Below, one piece after another: positions 63,155 to 64,000 of a DNA stretch of 64,000 nt. Source of the DNA: Octopus bimaculoides (lineage: Eukaryota). The stretch lies in the NCBI RefSeq assembly GCF_001194135.2, contig NC_068986.1:25414925-25478924 (forward strand), written 5' to 3'. The notes beneath the pieces were generated by a model that was not told the origin of the DNA, ran no database searches, and saw only the letters and a list, made by a program, of their open reading frames with translations. The number at the start of each line of letters is the position of its first letter. The first letter of the stretch is position 1. The translations under genes and the position numbers were made by a program.

Positions 63155-63401
63155 AAGGTGGCAAGCTGACAAAATCGTTAGCATGCCAGACAAAATACTT
63201 GGTGACATTTCATGTCTTGATATTCCGAGTTCAAATTTCATTGAGGTCGACTTTGCCCTTCATTATTTCAGGGTTAATAAGTACCGGATGAGTTCAGGTG
63301 GGGGGGGGGGGTATCAAACTAATCAATTAGCCCTCCCCCCCACAAAATTTCAGGCCTTGTACATATGGTAGAAAGAATTATTATTAAGGTTGGTGGTGAC
63401 G

Positions 63402-63422
63402 GTAGTAGTAGTAGTAGTAGTT

Positions 63423-63454
<32 letters not shown>

Positions 63455-63539
63455 TGTAGTAGTAGTAGTAGTAGTAGTTGTAGTAGTAGTAGTAGTAGTT
63501 GTAGTAGTAGTAGTAGTTGTAGTAGTAGTAGTAGTAGTT

Positions 63540-63574
<35 letters not shown>

Positions 63575-63899
63575 CGTGGTAGTTGTAGTAGTAGTAGTTG
63601 TAGTAGTAGTAGTAGTAGTAGTTGTAGTAGTAGTAGTTGTAGTAGTAGTAGTTGTTGTAGTAGTAGTAGTAGTAGTAGTAGTTGTAGTAGTAGTAGTAGT
63701 AGTAGTAGTAGTTGTAGTAGTAGTAGTAGTAGTTGTAGTAGTAGTAGTAGTAGTAGTTGTAGTAGTAGTAGTTGTAGTAGTAGTTGTAGTAGTAGTAGTA
63801 GTTGTAGTAGTAGTAGTTGTAGTAGTAGTAGTAGTAGTTGTAGTAGTAGTAGTAGTAGTAGTTGTAGTTGTAGTAGTAGTGGTGGTGGTGGTGATGGTG
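63402..63899. repeat. ~500-bp (GTA)n array with recurrent GTT interruptions
   Basis: Read directly. It explains the poly-T/S/Y/V/L ORFs at 63319-63974. Confidence 0.95.
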
Positions 63900-64000
63900 A
63901 ATGTACATATGCCACATTTCAAACAAAAACATGTATTAATTTGCCCCTTCAGGCCCTCTTTTAACTGTAGTTAGGCAACATATGGTATTAAATAAAAAAT

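Overview
AT-rich, lower-case, gapped eukaryotic scaffold (14 N-runs, mostly next to (TA)n/(TG)n tracts) made almost entirely of transposon debris and microsatellites. The SINE families, the (GAT)n-tailed RTE-type repeats and the microsatellite load resemble an octopus (cephalopod) genome; this is recognition from memory, not a database result. I found no host protein-coding gene that I can support. Nearly all listed ORFs are microsatellite or gap translations or chance ORFs. The recognisable coding remnants all belong to mobile elements: a Chapaev3-like transposase end, a mariner transposase, a young R4/Dong-type RLE LINE end inserted in (TAA)n, a Penelope-like (PLE) RT fragment and decayed RTE/RLE LINE pieces. 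There are many TIR elements with readable TSDs (Chapaev3-like, hAT, piggyBac-like, mariner-like, and one Merlin-like element with perfect 28-bp TIRs and a perfect 8-bp TSD). The most interesting signal is a set of small non-coding inserts. Three are lopsided foldbacks: an inverted repeat plus a one-sided tail between 9-15-bp TSDs. Four dispersed, decayed minimal hammerhead-ribozyme motifs are also present, one of them inside a foldback. Together these suggest non-autonomous, ribozyme-bearing PLE derivatives that could be mis-annotated as MITEs. The (ATT)n tails of one SINE family also serve as landing pads for two different (TAA)n-flanked elements.
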